The notes: a model not told the origin generated them from the sequence alone. A stretch of DNA of 64,000 bases from Candidatus Latescibacterota bacterium (GCA_965243025.1 CBDETY010000003.1:832001-896000), one strand, 5' to 3'. Numbered from the stretch's first letter, positions 49,672-60,712 are shown. Numbers and translations are program-made.

Positions 49672-52600
49672 ATGAGAAAGCGTTCAGTGTTCCTCATGGC
49701 CTTGTTGTTGGCCGGGGTCCTGATGACGCAGGACAGTATTGCCCAGAAGATCCCCCCTTTACCCGAAGGCACCCTCGCCCGCCTGGGCAAAGGGGGAATC
49801 AGCTCGGACGACCGAGGGGTGGCCTGGTCCCCCGACGGCACGCGGCTGGCGGTGGCCGGTATAGGCGTCTGGTTGTACAACGCCCGCACCCTGTCCGAAA
49901 TCGCCTGGCTCAGAGGCGATGCGGACTATGTCCTCACGTCGGTGTCGTTTTCGCCGGATGGTCAGACCCTGGCCAGTAGTAGTGGGGACGGGACGGTGCG
50001 GTTGTGGGAGGTGGAGACCGGGCAGGAAAAGGCCGTCCTCGAAGGCCATTCGGGTCCGGTCTACTCGGTGTCGTTCTCCCCGGATGGGTCGTTGCTGGCC
50101 AGTGGCAGTGAGGACCAGACGGTGCGGCTGTGGGAGGTGGAGACCGGGCAGGAACAGGCGGTCCTCCAAGGCCATACGGGAAGGGTCTACTCGGTGTCGT
50201 TTTCGCCGGATGGTCAGATGTTGGCCAGTGGCAGTCGGGACGAGACGGTGCGGTTGTGGGATGTGGAGACCGGGCAGGAACAGGCGGTCCTCCAAGGCCA
50301 AACGCATAGGGTCCTTTCGGTGTCGTTTTCGCCGGATGGTCAGACCCTGGCCAGTAGTAGTGGGGACGGGACGGTGCGGTTGTGGGAGGTGGAGACGGGG
50401 CAGGAACAGGCCGTCCTCCAGGGCCATACGGGTGGAGTCTCCTCGGTGTCGTTCTCCCCGGATGGTCGGACCCTGGCAAGTGGCAGTAGGGACGATACGG
50501 TGCGGTTGTGGGATATGGAATCCGGGCAGCAAAGGGCGGTCCTCCGAGGCCATGCGGGGAGCGTCTCCTCGGTGTCGTTTTCCCCGGATGGTCAGACCCT
50601 GGCCAGTGGCGGTAATGACCAGAGGGTGCGGTTGTGGGATGTGGAGACGGGGCAGGAACAGGCCGTCCTCCAAGACCATACGGGGAGCGTCTACTCGGTG
50701 TCGTTCTCCCCGGACGGTCAAACCCTGGCCAGTGGCAGTTACGACCAGACGGTGCGGTTGTGGGATGTGGAGACGGGGCAGGAACAGGCCGTCCTCCAAG
50801 GCCATGCGGGTGGGGTCACTTCGGTGTCGTTTTCGCCGGATGGGTCGCTGCTGGCCAGTGCCAGTTCTGACCAGACGGTGTGGTTGTGGGATGTGGAGAC
50901 CGGGCAACAAAGGGCGGTTCTCCAAGGACAGATCCAATCGGTGTCGTTCTCCCCGGATGGTCAGATGTTGGCCAGTGGCGGTTGGGACGAGACGGTGCGG
51001 TTGTGGGATGTGGAATCCGGGCAGCAAAGGGCGGTCCTCCAAGGACATAGGAGTGAGGTCGAATCGGTGTCGTTTTCCCCGGATGGTCAGACCCTGGCCA
51101 GTGGAAGTTGGGACGATACGGGGGTGCGGTTGTGGGATGTGGCCAGCGGGCAGGAAAAGGCCGTCCTCCAAGGACATACGGCTGGGATCGAATCGGTGTC
51201 GTTCTCCCCGGATGGTCAGACCCTGGCCAGTGCCGGTAATGACCAGACGGTGCGGTTGTGGGATGTGGAATCCGGGCAGCAAAGGGCGGTCCTCCAAGGC
51301 CATACGGGTTTGGTCGAATCGGTGTCGTTCTCCCCGGATGGTCGGACCCTGGCAAGTGGCAGTTGGGACGATACGGTGCGATTGTGGGATGTGGAGACGG
51401 GGCAGGAACAGGCCGTCCTCCAAGGCCATACGCGAAGTGTCTACTCGGTGTCGTTCTCCCCGGATGGTCAGATTTTGGCCAGTGGCAGTTCGGACGGCAC
51501 GATTCTGCTGTGGGATATGGCCCCCTACGTCCCCTCCACCATCACCCCGGCCGTTCCCCAGAACAATAACCCCTTCCTATTACCCGAAGGCGCCCTCGCC
51601 CGCCTGGGCAAAGGGTACCTTTATGGGGACGGCCGAGCAGTGACCTGGTCGCCCGACGGCACGCGGCTGGCGGTGGTCAGCAGCATCGGCATCTGGCTCT
51701 ACGACGCCCATACCGGTGCTGAATCCGCCCTGCTCGGCCATGCGGGCGTCACTTCGGTGTCGTTTTCGCCGGATGGGTCGCTGCTGGCCAGTGGCAGTCG
51801 GGAGGGGACCCTTCGACTGTGGGACGTGGCCAGCCCGGAACAGGCCGTCCTCGAAGAGCTATACGGGGGGTGGGTCAGTTCGGTATCGTTTTCCCCGGAT
51901 GGGTCGCTGCTGGCCAGTGGCGGTCAGGACGGAACCATTCGATTGTGGGACGTGGCCAGCGGCCACCAACAGGCCGTCCTCGAAGGCCATACCGACTGGG
52001 TCCTTTCGGTGTCGTTTTCCCCGGATGGGTCGCTGCTGGCCAGTGGCAGCCAGGACGAGACGGTTCGATTGTGGGACGTGGCCAGCGGCCACCAACAGGC
52101 CCTCTTCGAGGGTCATACGGCCTTGGTATATACGGTGTCGTTTTCGCCGGATGGGTCGCTGCTGGCCAGTGGCAGTCGGGACGAGACGGTTCGATTGTGG
52201 GACGTGGCCAGCGGCCACCAACAGGCCGTCCTCGAAGGCCATACCGGCTGGGTCCTTTCGGTGTCGTTTTCGCCGGATGGGTCGCAGCTGGCCAGTGGCA
52301 GTTTTGACAAGACGGTTCGATTGTGGGACGTGGCCAGCGGCCAGGAACAGGCCGTCCTCCAAGGCCATACGACGTTGGTCCTTTCGGTGTCGTTTTCGCC
52401 GGATGGGTCGCAGCTGGCCAGTGGCAGTACCGACGGGACCATTCGATTGTGGGACGTGGCCAGCGGCCAGGAACAGGTTGTCCTCCAAGGCCATACGACG
52501 TTGGTCAATACGGTGTCGTTTTCGCCGGATGGGTCGCAGCTGGCCAGTGGCGGTACCGACGGGACCATTCGACTGTGGGAGGTGGCCAGCGGCCACCAAC

Positions 52601-53685
52601 AGGCCGTCCTCGAAAACACGAACCGGGTCACTTCGGTGTCGTTTTCGCCGGATGGGTCGCAGCTGGCCAGTGGCAGTGAGGACGAGACCGCGGTTCGAGT
52701 GTGGGACGTGGCCAGCGGCCACCAACAGGCCGTCCTCGAAAACACGAGCCGGGTCACTTCGGTGTCGTTTTCGCCGGATGGGTCGCAGCTGGCCAGTGGC
52801 GGTACCGACGGGACCATTCGATTGTGGGAGGTGGCCAGCGGCCACCAACGGGCCGCCCTAGAAGGCCATACGGACAGGGTCCTTTCGGTGTCGTTTTCCC
52901 CGGATGGGTCGCTGCTGGCCAGTGGCAGTTGGGACGGCACGATTCTGCTGTGGGATGTGGCCAGCGGCCACCAACAGGCCGTCCTCGAAGGCCATACGGA
53001 CTGGGTCACTTCGGTGTCGTTTTCGCCGGATGGTCAGACCCTGGCCAGTGGCAGTTGGGACGGCCTGATTCTGCTGTGGGATGTGGCCAGCGGCCACCAA
53101 CAGGCCGCCCTCGAAGGCCATGCGGGCCCGGCCACTTCGGTGTCGTTTTCGCCGGATGGGTCGCAACTGGCCAGTGGCAGTTGGGACGGCCTGATTCTGC
53201 TGTGGGATGTGGCCAGCGGCCACCAACAGGCCGCCCTCGAAGGCCATGCGGGCCCGGTCACTTCGGTGTCGTTTTCGCCGGATGGGTCGCTGCTGGCCAG
53301 TGGCAGTTGGGACGGCACGATTCTGCTGTGGGACATGGCGCCCTATGCCCCCCCCATTACCGCCGTCGAAGCCTCTTCGCCGCCGCTGCCGGCGCAGACG
53401 GCCTTGCTGGCCAACTATCCCAACCCCTTCAACCCCGACACCTGGATCCCCTTTCAACTGCTCGAGCCGGCCCCGGTGCGGCTGAGCATCTACGACGTCC
53501 GGGGGGCGCTGGTCCGGGAAATCGACGTGGGTCATCGGGCGGCGGGTCAGTACCTGACGAGCGCCGGCGCCATCCGGTGGGACGGCCGCGATCAGCGCGG
53601 CCAGCGGGTCGCCAGCGGAGTGTATCTGTATCGGTTGCAGGCCGGCCGGTTCGCCCAGGTGCGCAGGATGCTCCTTCTCAAATAG
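49672..53685 (+). CDS. Secreted giant WD40 protein (2 x 14 blades) with FlgD Ig/T9SS-type CTD
   Basis: Signal peptide; two LPEGxLARLGKG-capped modules; 126-bp near-identical repeats; NYPNPFNP...RRMLLLK. Confidence 0.93.
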   Translation: MRKRSVFLMALLLAGVLMTQDSIAQKIPPLPEGTLARLGKGGISSDDRGVAWSPDGTRLAVAGIGVWLYNARTLSEIAWLRGDADYVLTSVSFSPDGQTLASSSGDGTVRLWEVETGQEKAVLEGHSGPVYSVSFSPDGSLLASGSEDQTVRLWEVETGQEQAVLQGHTGRVYSVSFSPDGQMLASGSRDETVRLWDVETGQEQAVLQGQTHRVLSVSFSPDGQTLASSSGDGTVRLWEVETGQEQAVLQGHTGGVSSVSFSPDGRTLASGSRDDTVRLWDMESGQQRAVLRGHAGSVSSVSFSPDGQTLASGGNDQRVRLWDVETGQEQAVLQDHTGSVYSVSFSPDGQTLASGSYDQTVRLWDVETGQEQAVLQGHAGGVTSVSFSPDGSLLASASSDQTVWLWDVETGQQRAVLQGQIQSVSFSPDGQMLASGGWDETVRLWDVESGQQRAVLQGHRSEVESVSFSPDGQTLASGSWDDTGVRLWDVASGQEKAVLQGHTAGIESVSFSPDGQTLASAGNDQTVRLWDVESGQQRAVLQGHTGLVESVSFSPDGRTLASGSWDDTVRLWDVETGQEQAVLQGHTRSVYSVSFSPDGQILASGSSDGTILLWDMAPYVPSTITPAVPQNNNPFLLPEGALARLGKGYLYGDGRAVTWSPDGTRLAVVSSIGIWLYDAHTGAESALLGHAGVTSVSFSPDGSLLASGSREGTLRLWDVASPEQAVLEELYGGWVSSVSFSPDGSLLASGGQDGTIRLWDVASGHQQAVLEGHTDWVLSVSFSPDGSLLASGSQDETVRLWDVASGHQQALFEGHTALVYTVSFSPDGSLLASGSRDETVRLWDVASGHQQAVLEGHTGWVLSVSFSPDGSQLASGSFDKTVRLWDVASGQEQAVLQGHTTLVLSVSFSPDGSQLASGSTDGTIRLWDVASGQEQVVLQGHTTLVNTVSFSPDGSQLASGGTDGTIRLWEVASGHQQAVLENTNRVTSVSFSPDGSQLASGSEDETAVRVWDVASGHQQAVLENTSRVTSVSFSPDGSQLASGGTDGTIRLWEVASGHQRAALEGHTDRVLSVSFSPDGSLLASGSWDGTILLWDVASGHQQAVLEGHTDWVTSVSFSPDGQTLASGSWDGLILLWDVASGHQQAALEGHAGPATSVSFSPDGSQLASGSWDGLILLWDVASGHQQAALEGHAGPVTSVSFSPDGSLLASGSWDGTILLWDMAPYAPPITAVEASSPPLPAQTALLANYPNPFNPDTWIPFQLLEPAPVRLSIYDVRGALVREIDVGHRAAGQYLTSAGAIRWDGRDQRGQRVASGVYLYRLQAGRFAQVRRMLLLK

Positions 53686-53823
53686 CTTGGCGGGGAGGGA
53701 TAACGCCCAAAGCGAACCGGCCCCCGGTTTGAATGTCCCGGAGGTCATTCTATTCCCGAGGCGGGATGACAGGGGGAATCTAGCCGCCTTCGGGACCCCA
53801 CACCCCAAAAAGAGGTAGCTCGG

Positions 53824-56031
53824 ATGAAAAAGCGTGCAGTGTTCCTCATGGCCTTGTTGTTGGCCGGCGCCCTGATGGTGCAGGAGAGTTTTGCCCAGAC
53901 GATACCCCCTTTACCCGAAGGCGCCCTTGCCCGCCTGGGCAAAGGGGGTATCGGAGAGGGCGACCGAGGGGTGGCCTGGTCCCCCGACGGCACGCGGCTG
54001 GCGGTGGCCGGCGTGGGCATCTGGTTGTACGACGCCCGCACTCTGTCCGAAGTCGCCTGGCTCAGAGGCGATGCGGACTATTTCCTCTCATCGGTGTCGT
54101 TCTCCCCGGATGGTCAGACTCTGGCCGGTGGCAGTGAGGACAACACGGTCCGGTTGTGGGATGTGGAGACCGGGCAGGAACAGGCCGTCCTCCAAGGCCA
54201 TTGGAGTTCGGTCACCTCGGTGTCGTTCTCCCCGGATGGTCAGACCCTGGCCAGTGGCAGTTGGGACGAGACGGTGCGGTTGTGGGAGGTGGAGACGGGG
54301 CAGGAAAAGGCCGTCCTCGAAGGCCATACGGGTCCGGTCTCCTCGGTGTCGTTCTCCTGGGATGGTCAGACCCTGGCCAGTGGCAGTTGGGACGAGACGG
54401 TGCGGTTGTGGGAGGTGGAGACGGGGCAGGAACAGGCCGTCCTCGAAGGCCATACGGGTCCGGTCTCCTCGGTGTCGTTCTCCCCGCATGGGCAGACCCT
54501 GGCCAGTGGCAGCTATTGGGACTCGTCCGTGCGGTTGTGGGATGCGGAGACCGGGCAGGAACAGGCCACCCTCCTCCATCCGGAGGGGGTCACCGCGGTG
54601 TCGTTCGACCGGGAGGGTTGGACCCTTGCCGGTGCCGGTACTGGGGAGGGGATCATTCTAGTGTGGGAGGTGGAGACCGGCCAGGAACTGGCGTTCCTCA
54701 AAGGCCCTGAGTGGGTGGATGTCACCTCGGTGTCGTTCTCCCCGGACGGTCAGACCCTGGCCAGTGGCGGTCTGGACGAGAGGGTGCGGTTGTGGGATCT
54801 GGAGACCGGGCAGGAAATGGCCGTCCTCCAAGACCATACCGATGGGGTCAACTCGGTGTCGTTCTCCCCGGAGGGTCAAACCCTGGCCAGCGGCAACGGG
54901 GACGGGACGGTGCGGGTGTGGGATGTGGCCAACCAGGAACAGGCCGTCCTCGAAGAGCTATACGGGGGGTGGGTCAGTTCGGTGTCGTTCTCCCCGGATG
55001 GGCAGACCCTGGCCAGCAGCCAAGGGGACCGGAGGGTGGTCCTGTTGTGGGAAGTGGAACCCTGGCAGGAAAAGGCCACTCTCTGTTGCCAGCAGTGGGA
55101 GGTCATTTCGGTGTCGTTTTCGCCGGATGGCTCGCTGCTGGCCAGTGGCCATATAGACGGAACCGTCCAATTGTGGGACATGGCCAGCGGCCAGGAACAG
55201 GCCGTCTTCGAAGGCCATACGGACTGGGTCAACTCAGTGTCGTTTTCGCCGGATGGGTCGCAGCTGGCCAGTGGCAGTCGGGACGAGACGGTGCGGTTGT
55301 GGGATGTGGAAACCGGGCAGGAACAGGCCGTCCTCCAAGGCCATACGGATTGGGTCCGGTCGGTGTCGTTTTCGCCGGATGGTCAGACCCTGGCCAGTGG
55401 CAGCAGGGATGGGGGGACCATTCGATTATGGGACGTGGCCAGCGGCCAGGGACAGGCCGTCTTCGAAGGCCATACGGATGGGGTCAACGCGGTGTCGTTT
55501 TCGCCGGATGGTCGGACCCTGGCCAGTGGCAGTGATGACTACACGGTCCGGTTGTGGGATGTGGAGACCGGGCAGGAACAGGCCGTCCTCCAAGGCCATT
55601 CGGGGTGGGTCTCCTCGGTGTCGTTCTCTCCGGATGGTCAGATTTTGGCCAGTGGCAGTGGGGACGGCACGGTCTTGCTGTGGGACACGACGCGGTTTGT
55701 CCCCGACTCGTCCGTTCCTACTGCGGTCGCCGCAGCCGAGAGCAGCGCACCGGCGGCCAGCCGCCTGGAGCCGAATCACCCCAACCCCTTCAACGGACGC
55801 ACCCGCATCTCCTATCGTCTGGCCGCATCCGGCCGGGTTCGGCTGGAAATCTGCAATGCCCTGGGACAGTCGGTGCGCACCTTGGTGGATCAGGTCCAGC
55901 CCGCCGGCGCGTATCGGGTCGTCTGGGACGCCCGCGATCAGCAGGGCGCGGCGGTGGCCGCCGGAGTCTATCTGACGCGCCTGAAATCTCCGACCGGCGT
56001 GCAGACCCGCCGGCTACTCTACCTCAAGTAA
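53824..56031 (+). CDS. Secreted WD40 protein (14 blades) with FlgD Ig/T9SS-type CTD
   Basis: Paralog of the upstream gene with near-identical N-terminus; NHPNPFN...RRLLYLK. Confidence 0.93.
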   Translation: MKKRAVFLMALLLAGALMVQESFAQTIPPLPEGALARLGKGGIGEGDRGVAWSPDGTRLAVAGVGIWLYDARTLSEVAWLRGDADYFLSSVSFSPDGQTLAGGSEDNTVRLWDVETGQEQAVLQGHWSSVTSVSFSPDGQTLASGSWDETVRLWEVETGQEKAVLEGHTGPVSSVSFSWDGQTLASGSWDETVRLWEVETGQEQAVLEGHTGPVSSVSFSPHGQTLASGSYWDSSVRLWDAETGQEQATLLHPEGVTAVSFDREGWTLAGAGTGEGIILVWEVETGQELAFLKGPEWVDVTSVSFSPDGQTLASGGLDERVRLWDLETGQEMAVLQDHTDGVNSVSFSPEGQTLASGNGDGTVRVWDVANQEQAVLEELYGGWVSSVSFSPDGQTLASSQGDRRVVLLWEVEPWQEKATLCCQQWEVISVSFSPDGSLLASGHIDGTVQLWDMASGQEQAVFEGHTDWVNSVSFSPDGSQLASGSRDETVRLWDVETGQEQAVLQGHTDWVRSVSFSPDGQTLASGSRDGGTIRLWDVASGQGQAVFEGHTDGVNAVSFSPDGRTLASGSDDYTVRLWDVETGQEQAVLQGHSGWVSSVSFSPDGQILASGSGDGTVLLWDTTRFVPDSSVPTAVAAAESSAPAASRLEPNHPNPFNGRTRISYRLAASGRVRLEICNALGQSVRTLVDQVQPAGAYRVVWDARDQQGAAVAAGVYLTRLKSPTGVQTRRLLYLK

Positions 56032-56329
56032 TCGATGCGGCAGGGTAGGACCTAACTACGGGGGCAAAAGACTGACCATACGGATGCTCTCTCGGAGCCG
56101 GACGCCGGTGGCGTGGAGACCGGCTCCCCACCCGGTCCTCCGGAGAGCCGGGCGGAAGCCCGGGGCTCAACGGTCTGTACAAAGGCCATGCGTGGGGTGT
56201 CAATTCGGTCGTTTTTCACTGGGTGGAAGGACCTTGGAAAGTGGCAGTGATGCCTACACGCTTGGTGACCGAGGGGAACCTTCAGACGCGGAACCTCACC
56301 CGCTGCGGTGAGAAACAACCCCGACAGCT

Positions 56330-56800
56330 TCCAGGAAGAGAACCGAATCCCTTCGTTTGCAAGTTACTGGAGAGTTATCGTTGGCCGAAGCTCCTGCCCG
56401 TCGAGAAACAGCGCCATCAGGTCGATTGTTGCAAAAGTTCGGTCAGCTTGCGGATTCTCGGCGGAGTCCTCGCAGTTCCACTGGTGTTTCTTCCGCCCCG
56501 CAGCCGGTTTTTCCGATATCGGCACCTCGACCCGGGCAGTTCCTGAATCTCCCAAGCAAACCCACCTGAACTGACCCCCTCGGCGGCGACCGGCTTCCAA
56601 CCCCCAGGGATTAGCCAGGTGTCCCGACCCTCATCCCCTCCCCGATCAGAGCCGGCCTCCGATCCACCGTGCCGATTTCCCAAGAGGGAGTGCAAGGCAA
56701 CGAGAGGATCCCTCGGGAATCGTCCCGCTCCTGTATTCTCCGTAGGAGAATGTCTTCTGCAGCGTTGTCTCGCCAATACCATGCCAGGGCACCCACGAAC
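56330..56800 (-). pseudogene. Highly degenerate transposase fragment, possibly IS256-like
   Basis: Fragments such as RWVCLGD..RVEVP and IDLMALFLDG. Confidence 0.3.
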
Positions 56801-57183
56801 CGGATTCCTGCCTGATCTCTCCGTCAACCACCAGAAAGATCATTCCGAATGGGGTCATCAAGGGCGGCGAAGCGCGGCGATTCTGCGGCGCGTATTGGCG
56901 GCGATTGTGAAGGCCTGGCCCAAGGTGCAGGTCACGTTGCGAGGGGACTCTCACTTCAGCACCCCGGAGGTCCACGAGGTGTGCGAAGAGTATGGCCTGT
57001 CGCTTATCCGGGGCAAGGCACCCAACTCCAAGCTGCACGAACTCGGGGTGCCGCGGATAGAGCAGGCGCGGGCGCAGGCGGGAAAAGTGCGGCAAAGTGG
57101 AGTCGGTGCGGCTCTTTACCAGTTTCTTTTACCAAGCCAAGAGCTGGAAGCGCCCGCAGCGCATCCTCTACAAGGCCGTGAGG

Positions 57184-58068
57184 TTACCCCGATTTCACGG
57201 ACAGTTTTCCGTTTGGATTTATACCCCTTGATAAATGATACCTCTCGTAGTTGATGGGAGATCGTTGTCCCAGGGCCGAGTGCCGCCGATGGGGGTTGTA
57301 CCAGCCTTCCAGGTATTCGAAAACCGTACGCTGGGCTTGCGACTGGGTAGCAAACCGATGACGATCCAGCAGCTCCCTTTCCAAGGTGGCGAAAAAGCTT
57401 TCGCACAGAGCATTGTCGAAGCAGTCACCGACCGATCCCATCGACGGACGTACCCCGGCCTGGCGACAGCGCTTCCCGAAGGCCAGGGCCGTATACTGAC
57501 TGCCGTGGTCGGAGTGGTGAATCACTTTCTTGGGACGGCGCCGGTGCAGGGCCATGTCAAGGGCGTCCAGCACCAACTGCGTACGCATATGGTTCGCCAT
57601 GGCCCAGCCCACCACTCGGCGGCTCCAGGCGTCCATGACCACGCTCAGATACAAAAACCCCGACCTCGTGGGAATGTAGGTGAGATCGGCAACCCACAGG
57701 CGATTCGGGCCGGAGACCGAAAACACCCGCTTGACCAGGTCGGAGGCGACCCGGCCCTGCCGGCCGCGACGGGTGGTGGAGAGGCGGCGGCGGGCGCATA
57801 CCCCGCGCACCCCGAGCTCAAGCATCAATCGGGCGATGCGCTTGCGACCGATGGCTTGGCCCTCCTCGGCCAGTTCGGCCCGGATCCTCGGCGCTCCATA
57901 AGTGCCCCGGGAGTGTTGGTGGATCTGCTCGACACGTGCCTTGAGCACGGCATCGGCCCGGGCGCGACCCGAAGGCGGGCGTTTCAACCAGGCGTAGTAG
58001 CCGCTGGGGGAGACCTTCAGCACGCGGCACATCGTCAGCACCGGAAAGTCGGCCTGGTGCGCTCTCAT
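57184..58068 (-). CDS. IS3 OrfB (DDE integrase core)
   Basis: WVADLTY, HHSDHGSQY, DNALCESFF. Confidence 0.93.
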   Translation of the reverse strand: MRAHQADFPVLTMCRVLKVSPSGYYAWLKRPPSGRARADAVLKARVEQIHQHSRGTYGAPRIRAELAEEGQAIGRKRIARLMLELGVRGVCARRRLSTTRRGRQGRVASDLVKRVFSVSGPNRLWVADLTYIPTRSGFLYLSVVMDAWSRRVVGWAMANHMRTQLVLDALDMALHRRRPKKVIHHSDHGSQYTALAFGKRCRQAGVRPSMGSVGDCFDNALCESFFATLERELLDRHRFATQSQAQRTVFEYLEGWYNPHRRHSALGQRSPINYERYHLSRGINPNGKLSVKSG

Positions 58069-58379
58069 GAACTCGTAGACGGGCCGGACTCCGAGTCGGC
58101 CTCGCGAGCGAACCAGGCCGTGGCTTTTGCCAGGATCTCCCGTTCGATACGCAGTTGCTTGTTCTCACGGCGAAGGCGCCGCAATTCCTCCTGCTCCGGA
58201 CGGGAGGGGCCGTCGCGGCGCACCCCCTCATCGCGTTCGGCCTGGATCACCCAGTTGCGGATCGTCTGCCCGGACGGCTCGAATTCCTTGGCCAGCGACT
58301 CCGGACTACGACCCGCCCGTACCAGTTCCACCATCTGTTGCCGGAATTCGGGCGGATAAGGGGAATGGGATTTCGGCAT
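58065..58379 (-). CDS. IS3 OrfA (HTH plus leucine zipper)
   Basis: YPPEFRQQMV...TIRNWV...ELRRLRRENKQLRIEREILAKATAWF. Confidence 0.92.
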   Translation of the reverse strand: MPKSHSPYPPEFRQQMVELVRAGRSPESLAKEFEPSGQTIRNWVIQAERDEGVRRDGPSRPEQEELRRLRRENKQLRIEREILAKATAWFAREADSESGPSTSS

Positions 58380-59359
58380 GGTTGGACACCCTCCTTTCTT
58401 TCAAGAAATGAAGTGTCCACGAAATCGGGTCAACTCCAGCCGAGGTTATCCAAGGCAAAGCCAATCCCCGCTTTGTGACCACCAACACCGCGGACCGATC
58501 CCCCAAGTTTTTGTATGAGAAGGTCTATTGTGCCCGCGGACGGGCGAAAGGATTCATCAAGAATCACAAGACCTTCCTGCATCGGACCGCACCTCCTGCC
58601 ATCGATTCGCGGCCAATCATTCACGGAGAAAAAGGTCCCAATTCGGGACATTTAAAAGGCGTGGAGATCCCCATCCATCGATCCGCCTTGCTTTTGGAGA
58701 TGGCCAAACGGAAGCCAGCCATTCCCGCCTGACCAGGACATGACAGCGTTGCGGATTTGGAAGGAAGAGAGAACTCAGCGGGGCATTTCTCAAGTAGTCA
58801 TCTATTTATCATTTAAAAAGCATAAAATATCACCCTGAAATCATTTGTTTTTCAGTACATTCCAACCGCTTTTCCTGCCATCAACCGCATCGGCACAGCT
58901 CCTGGGGAGAATGGCAAGGCACCTTCCCCGAGGGAGGAAAGCCTTTTCGTTGTCCCGGATGGACTCCCGGAGATACTGATAGAACGGCGTTGACGCGGAG
59001 ACCTCATACGCCAGCAGTTCGAGGATGCCGGTCTGAAGGCTCCCAGCGACCTGTTGTGACGGAAATCGCCAGTGAGTTTCTCGGGGACCCCTTCCAGACT
59101 ACTGGCCAGTGACCTTCGGGTATGTCTTGGAGGGAGACCTCCTGAGTGGAAACAGCAAGATGGGGAAAGACCAAGAGGCGATAGACGTGGTCGGGCCGTG
59201 GCTTCGTCTGTACTTGGATTCGGAGGTCTCAGCAGCTTCCGGACCCTCCTCTCGCGGACAGGTTGTGGCCCTCTTTTTTCATCGTCCGGATTCGGAAGCC
59301 CGTACCAATCTGAAATCAGCACCGCAGCTTATAACCGGCAGTCTAACCGAACAGGACCT

Positions 59360-59465
59360 CAATTGAAATCGAGGCTCTCGTTGATGCGCAAGCTGGCCTG
59401 GCTCAACCGGGTCAGACGCTCCCGCAGGGACTCGTTGTCCCGTTCCATCCCTTCAGCCGGTTCAT
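59360..59465 (-). pseudogene. Second copy of the GAF sensor N-terminal fragment
   Basis: DNA clearly homologous to 49342-49441; encodes ERLTRLSQASLRINESLDF. Confidence 0.6.
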
Positions 59466-59488
59466 CTTCCTCTCCAGGTCGGAACCTA

Positions 59489-60644
59489 GTGCTCTGTTAA
59501 AGAGTCGGCATTGAATTTTGGACCTTCACCAACTTGGCATCGTCCCGGTTTCGATGTCGCCATACGAGGTATTCCTGCATGCGTTGGCCGACGTCTCGAT
59601 GGTCCCTTGGGTCGCTGTTCTTGATGACGAAGTAATGGGCCGCCGTCAGATGGCATTCGAGACGATTCATCCAGGAGGCGTTGGTCGCGGTGAAGACCAA
59701 AAAGACCTGATTTCGCTGACACCATCGCCGGATCTCGTCGGTCGTGTGCGTCGACAGGTTGTCGAGGACGAGGTAGATGCGTTTGGCTTTGCGGTAGCGG
59801 CGCCGGATGGCCTTCAGGAAAGTGAGCACCACCGAAGCGTGCTTCTTCGGCTTGTGATGCATCCACAGGTGATCCTCGTGGACGTTGTAGGCGCCGAAGA
59901 AGTAGCTGACGCCGGCGTGCCGGGAGTAGGTGGCCCGGTGCCGCACCGGGTGTTTCTGCGGCGCCCACGAAGAGCCGGCATGGGGCTTGATCTGCACCGG
60001 CCCCATCTCGTCGAAGCAGACTACGACCGCGTTTTTCGGCGGGCGTCGGTAGAGGCGGTTGATGCGTTTTTTTTCGAGGAGAAATCCGGATCCTTCGACT
60101 CCTTCCAGGTGCGAGTCCGCTGGTAGGTGATCTTATGCCGGTCCAGGACCTTGGCGATGGTCACGTGCGAGACTTTGGGGATCATCTGGCGCCCCACCAG
60201 ACAGTCGGTCAGCTTGCGCAGCGACCACTGATTGAAGGGTTCGCCGAAAGCCCGAGGGGGCATCTTGGCGATCTCCACCACCACGGACTCGTCTTCGGGC
60301 GTCAGCGTCGGGGGGCGCCCCGGATGGGCTCGGGTGCGCAGCGAGGCCAGCCCTTCCTCGTTGTATTGCCGCAGCAGTTGGCGCACGTATTCTTCGTGCA
60401 GATGCAGGGTCGACGACAGTTCCTGGACCCGCATACCCTGGGCACTGAGGGAGATCAACTGCCCTCGGCGCATCTGCACGGCATGGCGCGGCCGCTTCAG
60501 CCATCGGCTCAGTTCCCTGGATTCGGCCGCATTCGGTGTTCGAGCATGGAGACACATGGCAGGACCTCCCCGTAAGAATCGTCGTATGTCCCCATGATAC
60601 CAAGGCTTACGAGAAAGTACAAGCCCCAATCCTTAACGGAGCAC
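59489..60644 (-). mobile_element. IS630-family element with TA duplication
   Basis: TA|GTGCTCTGTTAA ... TTAACGGAGCAC|TA in a CTAG context. Confidence 0.9.
59497..60557 (-). CDS. IS630 transposase in two frames joined at an A8 run (probable programmed frameshift)
   Basis: HTH/GRPP ORF, then KKRINRLY...CFDE...LDNLSTH...NRLE; plus-strand T8 at 60067-60074. Confidence 0.85.
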
Positions 60645-60712
60645 TAGATTGTAAGCCGAATCGCCAGGAAACCCTTTTCCGCCGTGAAAAACCAACCTCA
60701 AGGAGGTCTGCG

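Larger units (their letters stand above)
57179..58438 (-). mobile_element. Complete IS3-family element, 1260 bp, 4-bp TSD GCCG
   Basis: TG...CA ends; imperfect IRs TGAGGTTACCCCGATTTCACGGACA / TGGAGTTGACCCGATTTCGTGGACA; GCCG on both flanks. Confidence 0.93.
56830..58625 (+). pseudogene. IS1380-family transposase remnant interrupted by an IS3 element
   Basis: WPKVQVTLRGDSHF; removing the IS3 restores ILYKAEVIQGKANPRFVTTN...LYEKVYCARG...DRTSCHRFAAN. Confidence 0.85.

Noticed and set aside
49672-56031. Diversity-generating retroelement behind WD40 variation
   Set aside because: No reverse transcriptase or TR/VR pair in the window, and differences are not confined to adenines
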